Shown: piece by piece, positions 9,376 to 23,000 of the stretch | Layout: the number at the start of each line of letters is the position of its first letter | Position numbering within the stretch: position 1 is the stretch's first letter | From: a bacterium | GTDB lineage: Bacteria; T1Sed10-126 | Direction of reading: 5' to 3' | DNA: 64,000 bases | Assembly: GCA_003554945.1 (NCBI GenBank) | Contig: PWHN01000050.1 | Location: 19,272 to 83,271 of the forward strand | Notes under the pieces: generated by a model | What the model was told of the DNA's origin: nothing | Seen by the model: the letters and a program-made list of their open reading frames with translations, nothing else | The model's database searches: none | Translations under genes and position numbers: made by a program

Positions 9376-9977
9376 TCAAACCTCGCTTTTAACTGTTCAA
9401 GCGCTTCTCCGGCTAACACAAGCGCCGAATTGGCCACAACATGATAAGTGCTTAAAAGATCAACTTTAAGTAGCCGGCAATAGGGTAAATTACGTACCGA
9501 CAGTTCCAACAGACGGTCCTGACCGTCAGTTAACAGTAAAATGTTTTCATCAACAAGATCCGCGTCGTCAAAAACCTCATGAAGAGTCGCCGTGCTTGGC
9601 TCATCAAGCTCAACTTCAGCCAGCTCAAAGAAAACATCTTCACGAGCCCGAACACCAAGCGCGCTCAGCAATGCCTTCCTCTTCATTTTTCGGGTCAACC
9701 TTTGCGAGTGGTCCTGTTCACCGGTGGGGCCATGAGCGCGACCACCACCAACCCACAGAGGACTAATCCGACTACCGTGACGTGACCGGCCGGTTCCTTT
9801 TTGACGCCAGGGCTTCTTATTACGCCCGGCGACGCGGGCCCGGTTTCTAACAGAAGCCACATCGGCTCGTTTGTTAGCTTCAAAAGCCACCACAGCTTGG
9901 TGGATCAAAGGTTCGTTCATCTCAACTTCGTTGCAAAAACTAAGTTCAGAGTCATCTATCTGTTTAATATCAGCCAT
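9372..9977 (-). CDS. rplD: 50S ribosomal protein L4
   Basis: The L4 core starts at MADIKQ... and contains GRNKKPWRQKGTGRSRHGS. The tracked ORF up to 10223 is a spurious 5' extension that runs across rplC in another frame. Confidence 0.88.
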   Translation of the reverse strand: MADIKQIDDSELSFCNEVEMNEPLIHQAVVAFEANKRADVASVRNRARVAGRNKKPWRQKGTGRSRHGSRISPLWVGGGRAHGPTGEQDHSQRLTRKMKRKALLSALGVRAREDVFFELAEVELDEPSTATLHEVFDDADLVDENILLLTDGQDRLLELSVRNLPYCRLLKVDLLSTYHVVANSALVLAGEALEQLKARFE

Positions 9978-10611
9978 CAATATCACCTTTTTGGGCGCTG
10001 TGGACAACAACTGTTCCACCTTCGCTGCCCGGCACAGAGCCGGAAACAAGTAGCAACCCTTTATCGTCAATAATTTTTTCAATTGTAAGGCTCTGCACAG
10101 TTTTGCGTTTGTTGCCATAACGGCCAGGCATTTTCTTACCGGGATAAACCCGGCTGGGGTCCGCGGAAGGACCAATCGAGCCCGTGTGCCGTCCCAGACG
10201 CCCGCCATGAGAATCGGGGCCACCGGAAAAATTCCAGCGTTTAACTACGCCCTGAAATCCGCGTCCCTTGGTAACTCCGACGACGTCAACAGTATCCCCG
10301 ACTTCAAAAAGCTGAGGGGCAACTTCGGCGCCAGCCTCGACTTCTAAAAGCGGCGAATCTTCAGAGACTACAAACTCGCGGATAACGCGCCGGGGTTCAA
10401 TGCCGCGGGATTCAAACTGTCCGGCCTCCGGCTTATTAAGATTATCAGTTTTATCAAAAGCAAGCTGTACAATCTGTTTTCCGTCAACCTCGCGCTTATC
10501 CACAAGCACGCAGTCGGTCGACTCAATTACAGTAACGGGCACAGCCTCATTTTCATCATTATATACTCGGGTCATTCCTTCTTTTTTTCCCAACAAAACC
10601 TTGTCCATCAT
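9970..10611 (-). CDS. rplC: 50S ribosomal protein L3
   Basis: Contains LLGKKEGMTRVY...VTKGRGFQG; the RBS AGGTGA lies 5 nt upstream. Confidence 0.92.
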   Translation of the reverse strand: MMDKVLLGKKEGMTRVYNDENEAVPVTVIESTDCVLVDKREVDGKQIVQLAFDKTDNLNKPEAGQFESRGIEPRRVIREFVVSEDSPLLEVEAGAEVAPQLFEVGDTVDVVGVTKGRGFQGVVKRWNFSGGPDSHGGRLGRHTGSIGPSADPSRVYPGKKMPGRYGNKRKTVQSLTIEKIIDDKGLLLVSGSVPGSEGGTVVVHSAQKGDIDG

Positions 10612-10818
10612 TATTCACCTGTAATACCATAAGTTTCCCGTAATTCGACGCTTCCCGGAGGAAACAAATTAGTCTATTTACGGTTTAAGTGGGGTGATTT
10701 GGCAGGCTCTCCAACGCCGGGCCGAGAGTTTTAATCGCTAAACCCCTCGGCAGAGCGTTGAAGAGGCTACTTGGCACCCTTCTTTTTAAATAATTTAAGA
10801 AGCATAGAAAACCTAGCC

Positions 10819-11124
10819 TTATCCTTTTATCTGGACATCTACTCCAGCTACCAGGTTCAATTGACTTAAAGCTTCCATCGTGTCGTTGTTTGGTTCATGA
10901 ATATCCAGCAACCGCTTGTGCGTTCGCAGTTCAAACTGTTCTTTACTCTGTTCAAACTTATGCGGCGCAGTGTTCACAGTATACCGCCGAATATCGGTCG
11001 GCAGTGGAACAGGACCGCTAACTTCGGCCCCAGTGCGTTCGGCTGCAGAGACGATCTCTTCCGCCGAACGATCTATTAATCTGTAATCGTACGCTTTCAA
11101 TTTAATCCTTATTCTACGGGGCAA
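10819..11124 (-). CDS. rpsJ: 30S ribosomal protein S10
   Basis: [18 protein letters not shown] matches the S10 N-terminus. Confidence 0.95.
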   Translation of the reverse strand: MPRRIRIKLKAYDYRLIDRSAEEIVSAAERTGAEVSGPVPLPTDIRRYTVNTAPHKFEQSKEQFELRTHKRLLDIHEPNNDTMEALSQLNLVAGVDVQIKG

Positions 11125-11235
11125 AGATCTATCCTCCCAGTTAAAAACAGTGGTTTACAAGACCACAGTATGTAGTTTCACGACCAACAAAATTGCAGAG
11201 ATAAGAGTATAACAATTATCTGACAATTTTCAATC

Positions 11236-11294
11236 AAAAAAGAGATAAAAATCCAAATATTTCCTCCCCCGTGTCGGGGGAGGAAATATTTGGT
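11236..11294 (-). terminator. intrinsic terminator downstream of tuf
   Basis: A perfect 18-bp stem, CCAAATATTTCCTCCCCC / GGGGGAGGAAATATTTGG, with loop GTGTC. On the minus-strand transcript it is followed by a U-rich tract (UUGGAUUUUUAUCUCUUUUUU). Confidence 0.8.
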
Positions 11295-11309
11295 TTTATT
11301 TTTCCGTAA

Positions 11310-12503
11310 TTACTCTATAATCTCAGTCACAACACCGGCGCCAACAGTTCGGCCACCTTCACGGATAGCAAACTTCTGGTTTTCTTCCAGAGCTACCGGG
11401 ACAACCAGCTCAATTTCTACTTCGACGTCATCGCCGGGCATAACCATGTCAATGCCATCGGGCAGAGCAACGTCACCCGTAACGTCGGTGGTTCGAATGT
11501 AGAACTGTGGACGATATCCGTCGCGGAAAGGTGTGTGCCGGCCCCCCTCGTCTTTGGTAAGCGCATATACCTGTGCTTTAACCTTTGTATGAGGAGTTAT
11601 AGTGCCTGGCTCCACAATTACCATTCCACGCTCAATCTCTTCTTTTTCCACACCGCGAAGCAGTGCTCCTATGTTATCGCCGGCCTCGGCAGTATCCAGA
11701 GTTTTCCGGAACATTTCGAGTCCTGTGATAACAGTTTCCATGGGTTCATCTCGCAAACCAACAATTTCAACGTCATCCTTAACATTAATCTTGCCACGCT
11801 CAACTCGACCGGTGGCAACAGTTCCACGTCCGGTAATGGAAAAGACGTCCTCGATAGCCATGAGAAATGGCTTGTCAATTTCACGTTCAGGAACTGGAAT
11901 GTCTGCGTCCATAACTTCAAGCAGTTCAGCGATTGGGGCCTGAGCCTCATCGTCGTCTGGATTTTCCAGAGCCTGAAGGGCGGACCCTTTAACGATAGAT
12001 ACGCTATCGCCGTCGAAATCGTATTCGGTGAGAAGTTCGCGAATTTCCATTTCAACAATTTCAATCAGCTCAGGGTCATCGACCTGATCAGTTTTGTTAA
12101 TGAATACAACAATCTCCGGGACACCAACCTGACGCGCCAACAGCAGGTGTTCACGGGTCTGGGGCATAGCACCGTCGGCAGCACTTACAACCAGAACAGC
12201 ACCTTCTACCTGAGCAGCACCGGTAATCATGTTTTTAACATAGTCAGCGTGACCCGGACAGTCAACGTGAGCATAGTGCCGGTTTTCGGTCTCATACTCG
12301 ACGTGAGCTGTCGCAATTGTAATTCCACGCTCCTGTTCCTCTGGCGCATTGTCAATATCCTCAAATCCCAGTCCGTCTGCGAATCCCTGACTGGAAAGAT
12401 ATTGAACAATGGCAGCGGTAAGAGTAGTTTTACCGTGGTCAACGTGACCAATTGTACCTACATTAACGTGTGGCTTATCGCGCTCAAATTTTTCTTTAGC
12501 CAT
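11310..12503 (-). CDS. tuf: elongation factor Tu
   Basis: 397 aa containing GHVDHGKTT and DCPGHADY. Confidence 0.97.
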   Translation of the reverse strand: MAKEKFERDKPHVNVGTIGHVDHGKTTLTAAIVQYLSSQGFADGLGFEDIDNAPEEQERGITIATAHVEYETENRHYAHVDCPGHADYVKNMITGAAQVEGAVLVVSAADGAMPQTREHLLLARQVGVPEIVVFINKTDQVDDPELIEIVEMEIRELLTEYDFDGDSVSIVKGSALQALENPDDDEAQAPIAELLEVMDADIPVPEREIDKPFLMAIEDVFSITGRGTVATGRVERGKINVKDDVEIVGLRDEPMETVITGLEMFRKTLDTAEAGDNIGALLRGVEKEEIERGMVIVEPGTITPHTKVKAQVYALTKDEGGRHTPFRDGYRPQFYIRTTDVTGDVALPDGIDMVMPGDDVEVEIELVVPVALEENQKFAIREGGRTVGAGVVTEIIE

Positions 12504-12540
12504 AATACACGACCTCCTAAAAAGTTATTTAAAGTCTGAA

Positions 12541-14634
12541 TCAACTTACAAGTGTCTTATCTTCTATTACTTCGTTTGCAATGTTGTCTGGAACAATTGC
12601 ATAGTGAGAAAATTCCATTGTGTGATCGCCGCGGCCCTGAGTAATAGAGCGCAGGTCGGTAGCATAGCCAAACATCTCGGCCAGAGGGACCCGAACCCGA
12701 ATTACCTGATCGTTATCACGTTTTTCCATTCCCTGGACCTGACCGCGCCGTGAATTCAAGTCACCAATCACATCACCGGAATAATCTTCCGGGACGACAA
12801 CTTCACAGGCCATAACAGGTTCCAGAAGAGCTGGATTAGCCTGATTAAATCCTTTTTTAAATGCTTTGGATCCGGCTATTTTAAAAGCGTTTTCACTGCT
12901 GTCAACATCGTGGTGGCTGCCGTCGTAGAGATGAACTTTTAAGTCGTCTACCGGATATCCAGCCAATGGGCCCGACTCCATGGCTTCGACTATTCCATCC
13001 TCAACAGCGGGAATAAATTCTTTAGGAATATTACCCCCTTTGATACTGTCTTCAAACTCAAACCCTTCACCACGCTCGAGGGGACTCATTTCAATTAAGA
13101 CGTGCCCATACTGACCACGACCTCCCGACTGTTTAATGTATTCAGTCTCAACGTCTGCTTCAGAAGTAATGGTCTCTTTGTAAGCCACCTGGGGCGCACC
13201 AACATTTGCGTCCACTTTGAATTCACGCAGTAAACGGTCTACAATCACCTCCAGGTGAAGTTCTCCCATACCGCTGATAATAGTCTGCCCGGTTTCCTGA
13301 TCAATTTCCATGACAAAAGTTGGATCTTCTTCAGCCAGTTTACGCAGTGAATCAGAGAGTTTTTCCTGCTCGGCCTGCGAATGTGGTTCAATAGCAACAC
13401 TAATAACCGGCTCGGGGAACTCCATCTCTTCCAGTATGATAGGTGACTCCGTGTCAGTAAGCGTATCTCCCGTTTTAGTATCATCAAGTCCAACGGCAGC
13501 CGCTATATCACCGGCATAAATGATATCCCTTTCCTCACGGTCGTCGGCATGCATTTGAACTATTCTACTAATTCTTTCCCGTTCACCGGTCCGTGGGTTA
13601 AGAACATATGAGCCGGCCTCAAGAGTACCGCTGTAACAACGGAAGAAAGTTAACTTACCAATATAAGGGTCAGTAACAATTTTAAAAGCAATTGCCGTAA
13701 ACGGCTCCGAGTCAGAAGCCTGTCGGGTTTCAGTCTCGTCCGTGTCGGGATTCATTCCCTCAACGGATGGAACATCTACCGGCGACGGCAAGAAATCAAC
13801 AACTGCATCAATTAGCGTCTGAATTCCGGTGTTTTTAAGCGCGGAACCGGCATAAACAGGTAGCAACTCGTTTTTAAGCGTGCCAATTCTGATCACACTT
13901 TTTAGCTCTTCGATCGTAATCTCTTCGTCTTCCAGATATTTTTCAAGCAGTTTGTCATCATACTCAACTACCCGTTCGACAAGCTCTTCACGCGCTCGCC
14001 GGGCACGATCCACCATATCTTCGGGTATGTCAATTTCTTCATAATCAGCGCCAAGTGTATCTTCTTTCCAGATCAGATATTTCATTTTGAGAACATCTAT
14101 ACAACCCTGGAAATTATCTTCGCTACCAACCGGGATTTGCAAAGGAAGTGGGTTGGCTCCCAGTCGTTCTTCCATTTGTTTTACAACACGATCAAAATTA
14201 GCGCCTATACGGTCCATCTTATTTACGAAAGCCATTCGCGGAACATTGTATTTATCGGCCTGACGCCAGACAGTTTCAGACTGTGGCTCCACACCACCCA
14301 CAGCGCAAAATACACCAATCATTCCGTCAAGCACACGCAGTGAGCGCTCCACTTCAATAGTGAAATCAACGTGACCCGGGGTATCAATAATGTTAATACG
14401 GTGATCATTCCAGTAACAGGTGGTAGCGGCGGAAGTAATGGTGATCCCGCGCTCCTTCTCCTGATCCATAAAATCCATTTCGGCTGCGCCCTCGTGGGTC
14501 TCTCCCATTTTGTGGATTTTACCCGAATAGTAGAGGATACGCTCAGTTACTGTTGTCTTACCGGCGTCAATATGTGCCGCCAGCCCTATGTTACGAGTTT
14601 TTTCAAGTGATACGTCACGTCCCAATTTCAACAC
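12541..14634 (-). CDS. fusA: elongation factor G
   Basis: 697 aa containing AHIDAGKTT. Confidence 0.97.
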   Translation of the reverse strand: MLKLGRDVSLEKTRNIGLAAHIDAGKTTVTERILYYSGKIHKMGETHEGAAEMDFMDQEKERGITITSAATTCYWNDHRINIIDTPGHVDFTIEVERSLRVLDGMIGVFCAVGGVEPQSETVWRQADKYNVPRMAFVNKMDRIGANFDRVVKQMEERLGANPLPLQIPVGSEDNFQGCIDVLKMKYLIWKEDTLGADYEEIDIPEDMVDRARRAREELVERVVEYDDKLLEKYLEDEEITIEELKSVIRIGTLKNELLPVYAGSALKNTGIQTLIDAVVDFLPSPVDVPSVEGMNPDTDETETRQASDSEPFTAIAFKIVTDPYIGKLTFFRCYSGTLEAGSYVLNPRTGERERISRIVQMHADDREERDIIYAGDIAAAVGLDDTKTGDTLTDTESPIILEEMEFPEPVISVAIEPHSQAEQEKLSDSLRKLAEEDPTFVMEIDQETGQTIISGMGELHLEVIVDRLLREFKVDANVGAPQVAYKETITSEADVETEYIKQSGGRGQYGHVLIEMSPLERGEGFEFEDSIKGGNIPKEFIPAVEDGIVEAMESGPLAGYPVDDLKVHLYDGSHHDVDSSENAFKIAGSKAFKKGFNQANPALLEPVMACEVVVPEDYSGDVIGDLNSRRGQVQGMEKRDNDQVIRVRVPLAEMFGYATDLRSITQGRGDHTMEFSHYAIVPDNIANEVIEDKTLVS

Positions 14635-14663
14635 TCCATTTTCTATGATGTATGATCAAAAAA

Positions 14664-15140
<477 letters not shown>

Positions 15141-15144
15141 TCAC

Positions 15145-15513
15145 TTACTCCTTTTTGGTTCCATATTTAGATCGCGCCTGTTTGCGGCCTTCAACACCGG
15201 CGGTGTCCAGGGCGCCGCGAACCACCGTGTAGCGAATCCCGGGCAGATCTTTTACCCGGCCACCGCGAACCAGGACAATGTTGTGTTCCTGCAAATTATG
15301 CCCTTCGCCGGGAATATAGGCAGTAACTTCATACCCGGATGTTAGCCGAACCCGCGCGACCTTACGAAGCGCGGAGTTAGGCTTCTTGGGGGTTGCGGTG
15401 TAAACTCTCGTACAGACACCACGCAACTGCGGTGAACCTTCAAGAGCCGGCGTTGCCTTCTTCTTTTTCTCCTGGTGCCGGCCTTTACGAACTAACTGAT
15501 TAATAGTTGGCAC
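15145..15513 (-). CDS. rpsL: 30S ribosomal protein S12
   Basis: [12 protein letters not shown] and [11 protein letters not shown] match the S12 signatures. Confidence 0.95.
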   Translation of the reverse strand: MPTINQLVRKGRHQEKKKKATPALEGSPQLRGVCTRVYTATPKKPNSALRKVARVRLTSGYEVTAYIPGEGHNLQEHNIVLVRGGRVKDLPGIRYTVVRGALDTAGVEGRKQARSKYGTKKE

Positions 15514-15592
15514 TGTTTTGACACTCCCTTACCAAAATTGGCTGTAAACTTTATCTATCGAAACTCTGTATGTCAACAAATTTTCCATTTTT

Positions 15593-18500
15593 TTAGGCCG
15601 AGGACGCCTCATCCTCAGCGGCCTCTTCAGCTTCGCTGGCCGCCTGGCGTGTATAAGACCGGGCCTTGTCCACGACTTCGCGCAGGTCTTTCTTGAACAT
15701 GTCGCGATAAGTGTAATAGCCGGTTCCGGCCGGAATTAAGTGACCGGTAATAACATTTTCTTTCAACCCTTTAAGCTCGTCAACCTGACCGCGGGCAGCA
15801 GCGTCGGACAACACTCGCTTAGTATCCTGGAAGCTGGCCGACGAAATGAAGCTGTCGGTTCCGAGAGAAGCTTTTGTTATTCCCTGTAGAACAGGTGTAA
15901 AAGAGGCCGGCTCGCCACCATCTTCGGCTATTGTCTGGTTTATGCGCGAAAGACGATAACGATCGACCAGCTCGCCGGGCAGATACTGCGTGTCACCGGA
16001 AGAGGTAATCATTACGCGACGCACCATCTGACGAACTATAAGTTCAATGTGCTTGTCATTTATAGCTACGCCCTGCTGACAATAAACCGTCTGAATTTCC
16101 CGGACAAGATAATTTTGAAGCGCACGGACCCCTTTGATCCTGAGCAGGTCGTGAGGATTTATATAGCCCTCAGTCAGAGGCGTGCCCTCCTCAATAGTCT
16201 CTCCGTCCCGGACCCGAACGTGAACGCCGGGTTTGATTCTATAAGATTTTGAATCCTCAGTTTCAGGATTGGTTATCTGAACAGTCCGAATACCTTTTTC
16301 CTCACGTTTTTCGGGTTTAATAAATTCGACCACGCCCGAAATTTCAGCTATATCAGCGCTCTGCTTAGTTCGCTTACGGGCCTCAAACAGGTCTTCCACC
16401 CGGGGCAAACCACCGGTGATGTCTTTCGTTTCAGCGGCTTCTTTAGGCATTTTGGCCAGAACCTGACCGGACTGAACTTCCTCGCCGTCTTCGACGACAA
16501 GAATGGCATCATAGGGAAGATCGTAACGGCGGGTTGCCTTCTTTCCTTTACGTTTCAGGACAATGCTGGGGAACATTTTCCCCTGTTTGTCCTCGACGAT
16601 TACATTGTTAATAAGTCCGGTAGTTTCATCAACTTCCTCCGACAACGTCCGGCCAACTTCAACGTCACGTAGATTTACTTCCCCGTCAAACTCAGCAATA
16701 ATCAATTCGTTATAGGGGTCAATCTCAACATATCGTTCGCCAGACCGCACAACATCGCCAGGGTCAACCAGCACTTGCGAACCAATGTCAAGACTGATCG
16801 CATAATCCGAACCAAGCACCCTTAAGGCATCTTCCTGGAGCATAACCACACCTTCGGAGCTGGCACAGACTTCTTGTTCGCCGTCTTCACCGTGATAAAC
16901 AGCAATCTGGTCGCCTTCATAGACCCAGAGTCCTTCAAAAACAACCGGTTCAATCTCGCCTTCTTCAGGTTCAAGAGAAATTTCCTGCTGGATCTTGCGA
17001 ACTCTCATCTCCGATTCCGCCAGCGCCACCAGCTCCTCTTCACCGTCAGCACGTGTATACTCGACGGCATTCTCCGGAACAGATTCAACAAATATGTCAT
17101 TCTCAGCTTCCACAGCATGTTCCCCACCACCGGCGGCCGTCCCTCCGGTGTGGAAGGTTCTCATGGTTAGCTGGGTTCCCGGTTCGCCAATTGATTCGGC
17201 GGCAATTATTCCAACCGGCTCGCCAATATCAACCATTTTCCGTGTCGACAGGTCACGCCCGTAACAACGAGCACAGACACCATCTTCGGATTCACAGGTG
17301 AGTAAACTTCTGATCTTGATTGAATCGAACCCGCAATCTTCTATTCTGCGGGCCTGTGGCTCCTCGATCATCTCATCCTCAGCGACAATCAGCTCACCCG
17401 TTTGGGGATGTTTTATGTCTTCGCGAGCAATTCGCCCGAGAATTCTATCATACAGATTCTCAAGGATTTCATCACTGGAGCGGATCGGGCCGATTTCAAC
17501 TCCTTGCAGAGTTTCACAATCTTCCTCAACAATCCGACAACTCTGTGCGACGTCAGCAAGCCGGCGAGTCAGGTAGCCGGCATCAGCCGTCTTCAGAGCA
17601 GTGTCAGCCAAACCTTTTCTGGCACCGTGAGTTGAGATGAAGTATTCCATCACAGAAAGCCCCTCACGAAAGCTTGACTTAATCGGAAGCTCAATAATCT
17701 TACCACTGGGTTTTGCCATGAGCCCGCGCATGCCGGCAAGCTGCCTGAGCTGTTCCTCGGAGCCCCGAGCTCCAGAATTTGCCATCATGTAAACGGGATT
17801 GAGACCGTCCTGGTCGTCGCTCATCTCTTCTAATAACGCATCACTAACATCTTGAGTGATTTGGTGCCAAACGTTAATAACCCGGTTGTATTTTTCTTCT
17901 GCAACCAGCTCCCCGGCTTCATACTGATCATTAATCTCCTCAACCTGCTTGTCGCCCTGTTCGATCAACCTTTTCTTTTCAGGTATCTCAAACATGTCCT
18001 GGTAACCAATCGAACAGCCCATTAAAGTCGACTCGTGGTAACCCACCTCTTTAAAGTCGTCCAGCATATGAACTGCTCTGTAGGTTCCTTCCTCCTCGAC
18101 AACTTCAGCAACAAGATCGGCAAGTCTCCCCTCATTAAATTCATAGTTACGATACCCGAAACTGTCGGGTAGAATTTCGTTAAAAAAGACACGACCCGGA
18201 GTCGTAACATATTTTTCTCCGTAAATTCGGTAAATAATCGGGGTGTGTAGACCAACCCGCCCCTCTTCATAGGCCCATTTTACCTGGCTGGATTGAGAAA
18301 ACTTGTGTTCTAGTTCTTGAAGTTCATCCAGATCTACATCGTAAGGTTCACGGGTCAGGTAGTTCAGCCCGATAACCATGTCCTGAGTTGGAACACTAAC
18401 AGCTCCACCGTGGGCCGGCGAGAGCAAATTATTGGTGCTGAGCATCAGAACGCGAGCCTCAATTTGAGCCGTTTTGGAAAGTGGCACGTGAACAGCCATC

Positions 18501-19987
18501 TGGTCGCCATCAAAGTCAGCATTAAAAGGCGGACAGGCGAGCGGATGCAGACGAATAGAATGACCTTCAGTAAGAACTGGTTCATAGGCCTGTATTCCCA
18601 GCCTGTGAAGAGTGGGCGCACGGTTTATCATAACCGGGTGGCCCTTGATTACCTCTTCAAGAGCGTCCCAGACTTCAGGTTCTTCCCGCTCAATCATTTT
18701 TTTGGCCGACTTAATGCTGGAAGCGACGTTATCATTGACCAGCCGCTGCATAATAAATGGTTTGAAGAGCTCAACGGCCATTTTCTTAGGCAAACCACAC
18801 TGGTTAAATTTCAGTTCCGGACCGTTAACAATTACTGCACGACCCGAGTAATCTACCCGTTTCCCAAGTAGATTCTGGCGGAATCGACCTTGCTTACCTT
18901 TAAGCAAATCTGTTAGAGATTTGAGAGGACGATTGTTTGGTCCGCGAACGGGACGTTCAACCCGCGAATTATCAATGAGAGAATCAACAGCTTCCTGAAG
19001 CATTCGCTTTTCATTACGAATAATAATGTCAGGAGTCCGCAATTCCATCAATTTTTTTAACCGGTTGTTTCGATTAATCACACGCCGATAGAGGTCATTG
19101 ACATCCGAAGTTGCAAAACGACCGCGCTCGAGCTGGATCATCGGCCTTAAGTCGGGTGGCAGGACCGGTAGAACTTCAAGCGTCATATTGTTAGGATCTA
19201 ATCCAGAGTCGTAAAACCCTTTCAAAGCCCGGAGTCGGCGAATAAGTTTCCTGTTTTTCTGCTTGATTTTAGTCCGACCGCGCGAACTTTTTTTCTGAAG
19301 CTCAAGCTCCTCTTCAATAGCTTTTATTTCCGCTTCAAGATCAAGATCATCAAGCAGATACTGTATAGCTTCCGCGCCCATGTCAGCTTTAAAACGGTTG
19401 CTATACTCCTCCCGGGCACGTTGATACTCCTGTTCACTCAATAGCTCCTTCTGTTTTAACTCAGTATCGCCGGGATCGAGAACAGCATAACTTTCAAAGT
19501 AAACAATCTTTTCCAGGTCCTTAATACGCATGTCTAAAACTAAACTTAACTTAGAGGGGATCCCCTTGAGAAACCAGATGTGAGTCACCGGAGACATCAG
19601 GTTGATGTGGCCCATACGAACGCGGCGAACTTTAGAACGCGAAATTTCTACACCACATTTATCACAGACCACACCGGCATATTTTTTACTCTTATATTTA
19701 CCACAGAAACACTCCCAATCCCTTGTCGGCCCAAAAATCTTTTCGCAGAACAGGCCGCCCCGTTCAGGACGCAGGGAGCGATAATTTATGGTTTCAGGCT
19801 CCTCAACTTCGCCGCTTGAAATATCAAGCACACGGTCGGGAGCCATCAAACCAATACTAATATGATCGAACTCGGAGAAAAAATCGTCAGCATAAGCTCC
19901 AGAGTCGTCGCTGTCTCCAAGCAGTCCGCTGTCCGTTAACTGGCTACTTCCGATTGTCTCCGCATCGGATTGTGATTCTTTAGCCAA
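15593..19987 (-). CDS. rpoC: DNA-directed RNA polymerase subunit beta' (1464 aa)
   Basis: Contains the NADFDGD catalytic motif and the Zn-finger cysteines. A large lineage-specific insertion sits in the trigger-loop region. Confidence 0.97.
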   Translation of the reverse strand: MAKESQSDAETIGSSQLTDSGLLGDSDDSGAYADDFFSEFDHISIGLMAPDRVLDISSGEVEEPETINYRSLRPERGGLFCEKIFGPTRDWECFCGKYKSKKYAGVVCDKCGVEISRSKVRRVRMGHINLMSPVTHIWFLKGIPSKLSLVLDMRIKDLEKIVYFESYAVLDPGDTELKQKELLSEQEYQRAREEYSNRFKADMGAEAIQYLLDDLDLEAEIKAIEEELELQKKSSRGRTKIKQKNRKLIRRLRALKGFYDSGLDPNNMTLEVLPVLPPDLRPMIQLERGRFATSDVNDLYRRVINRNNRLKKLMELRTPDIIIRNEKRMLQEAVDSLIDNSRVERPVRGPNNRPLKSLTDLLKGKQGRFRQNLLGKRVDYSGRAVIVNGPELKFNQCGLPKKMAVELFKPFIMQRLVNDNVASSIKSAKKMIEREEPEVWDALEEVIKGHPVMINRAPTLHRLGIQAYEPVLTEGHSIRLHPLACPPFNADFDGDQMAVHVPLSKTAQIEARVLMLSTNNLLSPAHGGAVSVPTQDMVIGLNYLTREPYDVDLDELQELEHKFSQSSQVKWAYEEGRVGLHTPIIYRIYGEKYVTTPGRVFFNEILPDSFGYRNYEFNEGRLADLVAEVVEEEGTYRAVHMLDDFKEVGYHESTLMGCSIGYQDMFEIPEKKRLIEQGDKQVEEINDQYEAGELVAEEKYNRVINVWHQITQDVSDALLEEMSDDQDGLNPVYMMANSGARGSEEQLRQLAGMRGLMAKPSGKIIELPIKSSFREGLSVMEYFISTHGARKGLADTALKTADAGYLTRRLADVAQSCRIVEEDCETLQGVEIGPIRSSDEILENLYDRILGRIAREDIKHPQTGELIVAEDEMIEEPQARRIEDCGFDSIKIRSLLTCESEDGVCARCYGRDLSTRKMVDIGEPVGIIAAESIGEPGTQLTMRTFHTGGTAAGGGEHAVEAENDIFVESVPENAVEYTRADGEEELVALAESEMRVRKIQQEISLEPEEGEIEPVVFEGLWVYEGDQIAVYHGEDGEQEVCASSEGVVMLQEDALRVLGSDYAISLDIGSQVLVDPGDVVRSGERYVEIDPYNELIIAEFDGEVNLRDVEVGRTLSEEVDETTGLINNVIVEDKQGKMFPSIVLKRKGKKATRRYDLPYDAILVVEDGEEVQSGQVLAKMPKEAAETKDITGGLPRVEDLFEARKRTKQSADIAEISGVVEFIKPEKREEKGIRTVQITNPETEDSKSYRIKPGVHVRVRDGETIEEGTPLTEGYINPHDLLRIKGVRALQNYLVREIQTVYCQQGVAINDKHIELIVRQMVRRVMITSSGDTQYLPGELVDRYRLSRINQTIAEDGGEPASFTPVLQGITKASLGTDSFISSASFQDTKRVLSDAAARGQVDELKGLKENVITGHLIPAGTGYYTYRDMFKKDLREVVDKARSYTRQAASEAEEAAEDEASSA

Positions 19988-20012
19988 GGTAAAACACCTC
20001 TAAATTAGATTA

Positions 20013-23000
20013 TTATTCAGTGACCATTTCATCGATATTAAGCTCGCGATCTTTTTCGTCAAAGACACGAATGTCCAGCCCCAGACCCTGCATTTCCTTC
20101 AACAGAACGTTAAAGGACTCGGGCACCCCGGGGACGAAACTCTCTTCGCCTTTGACAATAGACGCGTATGTTCGTGAACGCCCACTCACATCGTCACTTT
20201 TTACCGTAAGAAATTCGCGTAACGTATGAGCAGCTCCATATGCTTCAAGCGCCCAAACTTCCATTTCCCCTAATCGCTGACCGCCAAACTGAGCTTTACC
20301 ACCAAGCGGTTGCTGCGTAACCAGGGAGTATGGTCCAATAGAGCGGGCGTGCACTTTGTCTTCGGCAAGATGTTCAAGTTTCATAATATGCATGTTGCCG
20401 ATTGTAACTTTTTGATCAAAATAATCGCCTGTGCGACCGTCGCGAAGGGGAACTTTGCCATCGCGTGGGTAGCCTGCTTCTTCAAGAATATCAGCGATAT
20501 CTTCGTCAGTTGGGCCTTCAAATACGGGCGCGATTACCCTGTACCCAAGTTCCTCCAGGGCCAGTGTCAGGTGAGTTTCAAGGACCTGGCCAAGGTTCAT
20601 CCGACTGGGAACACCGAGTGGATTAAGCACTACATCCACCGGCTCACCCGCTTCAGTAAACGGCATGTCTTCTTTGGGGAGAATTTTAGATATTACCCCT
20701 TTGTTACCGTGCCGACCGGCTAATTTGTCACCAACACCAATTTTACGCTTGTCAGCGACATAAACCTTAACTTTCTTCTCAACTCCCGCTTCTAAATCGT
20801 CGTTGTTCTCACGACTGAACTCTTTAACATCCACAACTACACCTTTTGTTCCGTGTGGCACCGTTAAAGAGGTGTCCTTAACATCTTTGGCTTTTTCGCC
20901 AAAAATAGAATGGAGAAGCTTATACTCAGGCGAGAGATCTACATGACTCTTTGGCGTTACCTTACCAACCAGCAAATCACCGGGTTCAACATAACTTCCA
21001 ATTTTTATTATCCCTTCGTCGTCAAGATCACGCAGGGCCTGCTTGCTCTGGCTGGGAATATCGCGGGTAATTTCTTCTTTACCCACTTTAGTCTCACGCG
21101 CAGCTATTTCAAGTTCTTCGATATGAATCGAAGTGAATACATCCTCAGTAACCAGCCGTTCAGAGACAAGAATAGCGTCCTCAAAGTTATAACCTTCCCA
21201 GGGCATGAAAGCAACTTTAACGTCGCGACCAAGGGCAAGTTCGCCCTGGCTTGTTGCCGGGCCGTCTGCCAGAACCGAACCGGCCTCAACCTTATCTCCA
21301 ATGTCAACTATGGGAGTCTGATTAAAGCACATCCCCTGATTCGAACGTTTATATTTCATCAAGGGATAAATATCTATCCGGTTTTCACCGGCCTCAGCAA
21401 TTATCTCTCCTGTTTGTTTATCAATCTGGTCTTCCTCTAACTCTTCATCAACTTCAACCCAGATCCGGCGTGAGTCACACTTTACAACCTCACCGTCGCG
21501 CTGCGCCACAACAACAGATCCACTGTCACGAGCAGCTTTTCCTTCTACTCCAGTAGCAACCATAGATCGCTTCGTATTGACCAACGGAACCGCTTGACGC
21601 TGCATGTTTGAACCCATCAGCGCCCGATTGGCGTCATCATTTTCGAGAAATGGAATGCAGGAGGTAGAGATACTGACAATCTGCCGCGGCGATACGTCAA
21701 TATAATCAATTTCGCCACGGTGAACAAGTTCAAACTCATCGGCGCTCCTGGCTCTAATTAGCTCTTTAGTAAACTCACCTTTATCATTAGTTTCAGTTCC
21801 AGCAGCGGCTATATTCGCCTGGTCCTCCTCATCAGCGTCCAGAAAGACTATCTCATCTGTAACCTTACCATCTTTCACAACCCGGTACGGGGTTTCAAGA
21901 AAACCCAGATCATTGACGCGGGCAAAAGTGGCCAGACTAACAATCAATCCAATATTCGGTCCCTCAGGAGTTTCAATAGGACATATGCGGCCATAATGTG
22001 TGTGGTGGACGTCACGGACATCAAACCCGGCTCTTTCCCGGGAAAGACCGCCCGGACCAAGCGCCGACAGACGACGCTTATGAGTGAGCTCGTCAAGCGG
22101 GTTTGTCTGATCCATAAACTGGCTCAGTGAGCCAGTTCCAAAAAACTCCTGCAAATCCGCAGTGAGCGGCTTGATGTTAATCAAGCGGGCCGGGGTTGGC
22201 CGCTCATCGTCTTGAACGTGCATATTGAGTTTGTCTTCAATACTGCGTTCAACGCGGCTTAAACCAGTTTTAGTCTGTTGATAAAGAAGCTCACCTATGG
22301 TCCTCACGCGTCGGTTTGAAAGGTGATCAATGTCGTCAATCTCACCGTCACCGTCAGCTATCTTTATGAAATACTCAAAAATAGCAAGTATATCCTCGGG
22401 GGAAAGGGTTCGTTCCTGGAGGTCTTCCTCCTCTAATCCTTTATGCCCCAGCTTTTTGTTTATTTTGAAGCGTCCCACCCGTTCAAGATCAATTCGATCT
22501 TCATCAAAAAAAGCTCCATAAATATATTCACGGGCGTTTTCAACGCTGTATGGGTCATTAGGCCGAAGTAACTTAAACAATCGTTTGAAGGCCTCGTCCG
22601 GCTCGGTTGTCGGGTCTTTGGCCAGAGTATTTAAGATGACCGGATTGATCTGATCTTCGCGATCTACAATCTTAATCTCATCGTAACCCAGATCCTGCAT
22701 ATCTCGAACAACTTTTTTGTCAATTCGCTGTCCTGCAGGATGGACAATATTATACTGAGGACCGGTTTCCTCTTCCTCTTCTTCAGCCTCCCCCTCTTCT
22801 TCGGCTTCATCTTCCTCGACTGTTTCCGTCTCCACAACTTCTTCCAGTATAGGTTCGGCAAGATACTCAAAAATTAACGAGTCACCGCCATCAACCGAAA
22901 CAACTTTTGTGTCGTAAAAATGTTCAACTATGTCTTCGTTCGTCGGCATTATGTAATCCGACTCGGGATCCTCGGGATCTTCAGGGAGAATACGCAGGAA

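Noticed and set aside
9978-10223. N-terminal 82-aa extension of the tracked rplD ORF
   Set aside because: It runs across the rplC coding region in another frame and has no similarity to L4. The L4 core begins at MADIKQ (9977).
10681-10770. tRNA-like 3' end (TGGCAGGC...) in the rpsJ-rplC spacer
   Set aside because: Reverse-complementing gives ...GGAGAGCCTGCCA, but no 7-bp acceptor stem, D arm or T arm can be formed. Its resemblance to the nearby tRNA-Trp end is superficial.
11535-12539. 334-aa ORF on the plus strand antisense to tuf (also 11602..11943)
   Set aside because: It lies entirely within, and opposite to, the highly conserved EF-Tu gene. The product is low-complexity (S/N/F-rich). 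It is a classic antisense artefact.
16874-18871. Several 80-180-aa plus-strand ORFs inside rpoC (and similarly inside rpoB at 20310-23477)
   Set aside because: All lie antisense to or out of frame within the RNA polymerase genes; none carries a recognisable domain.
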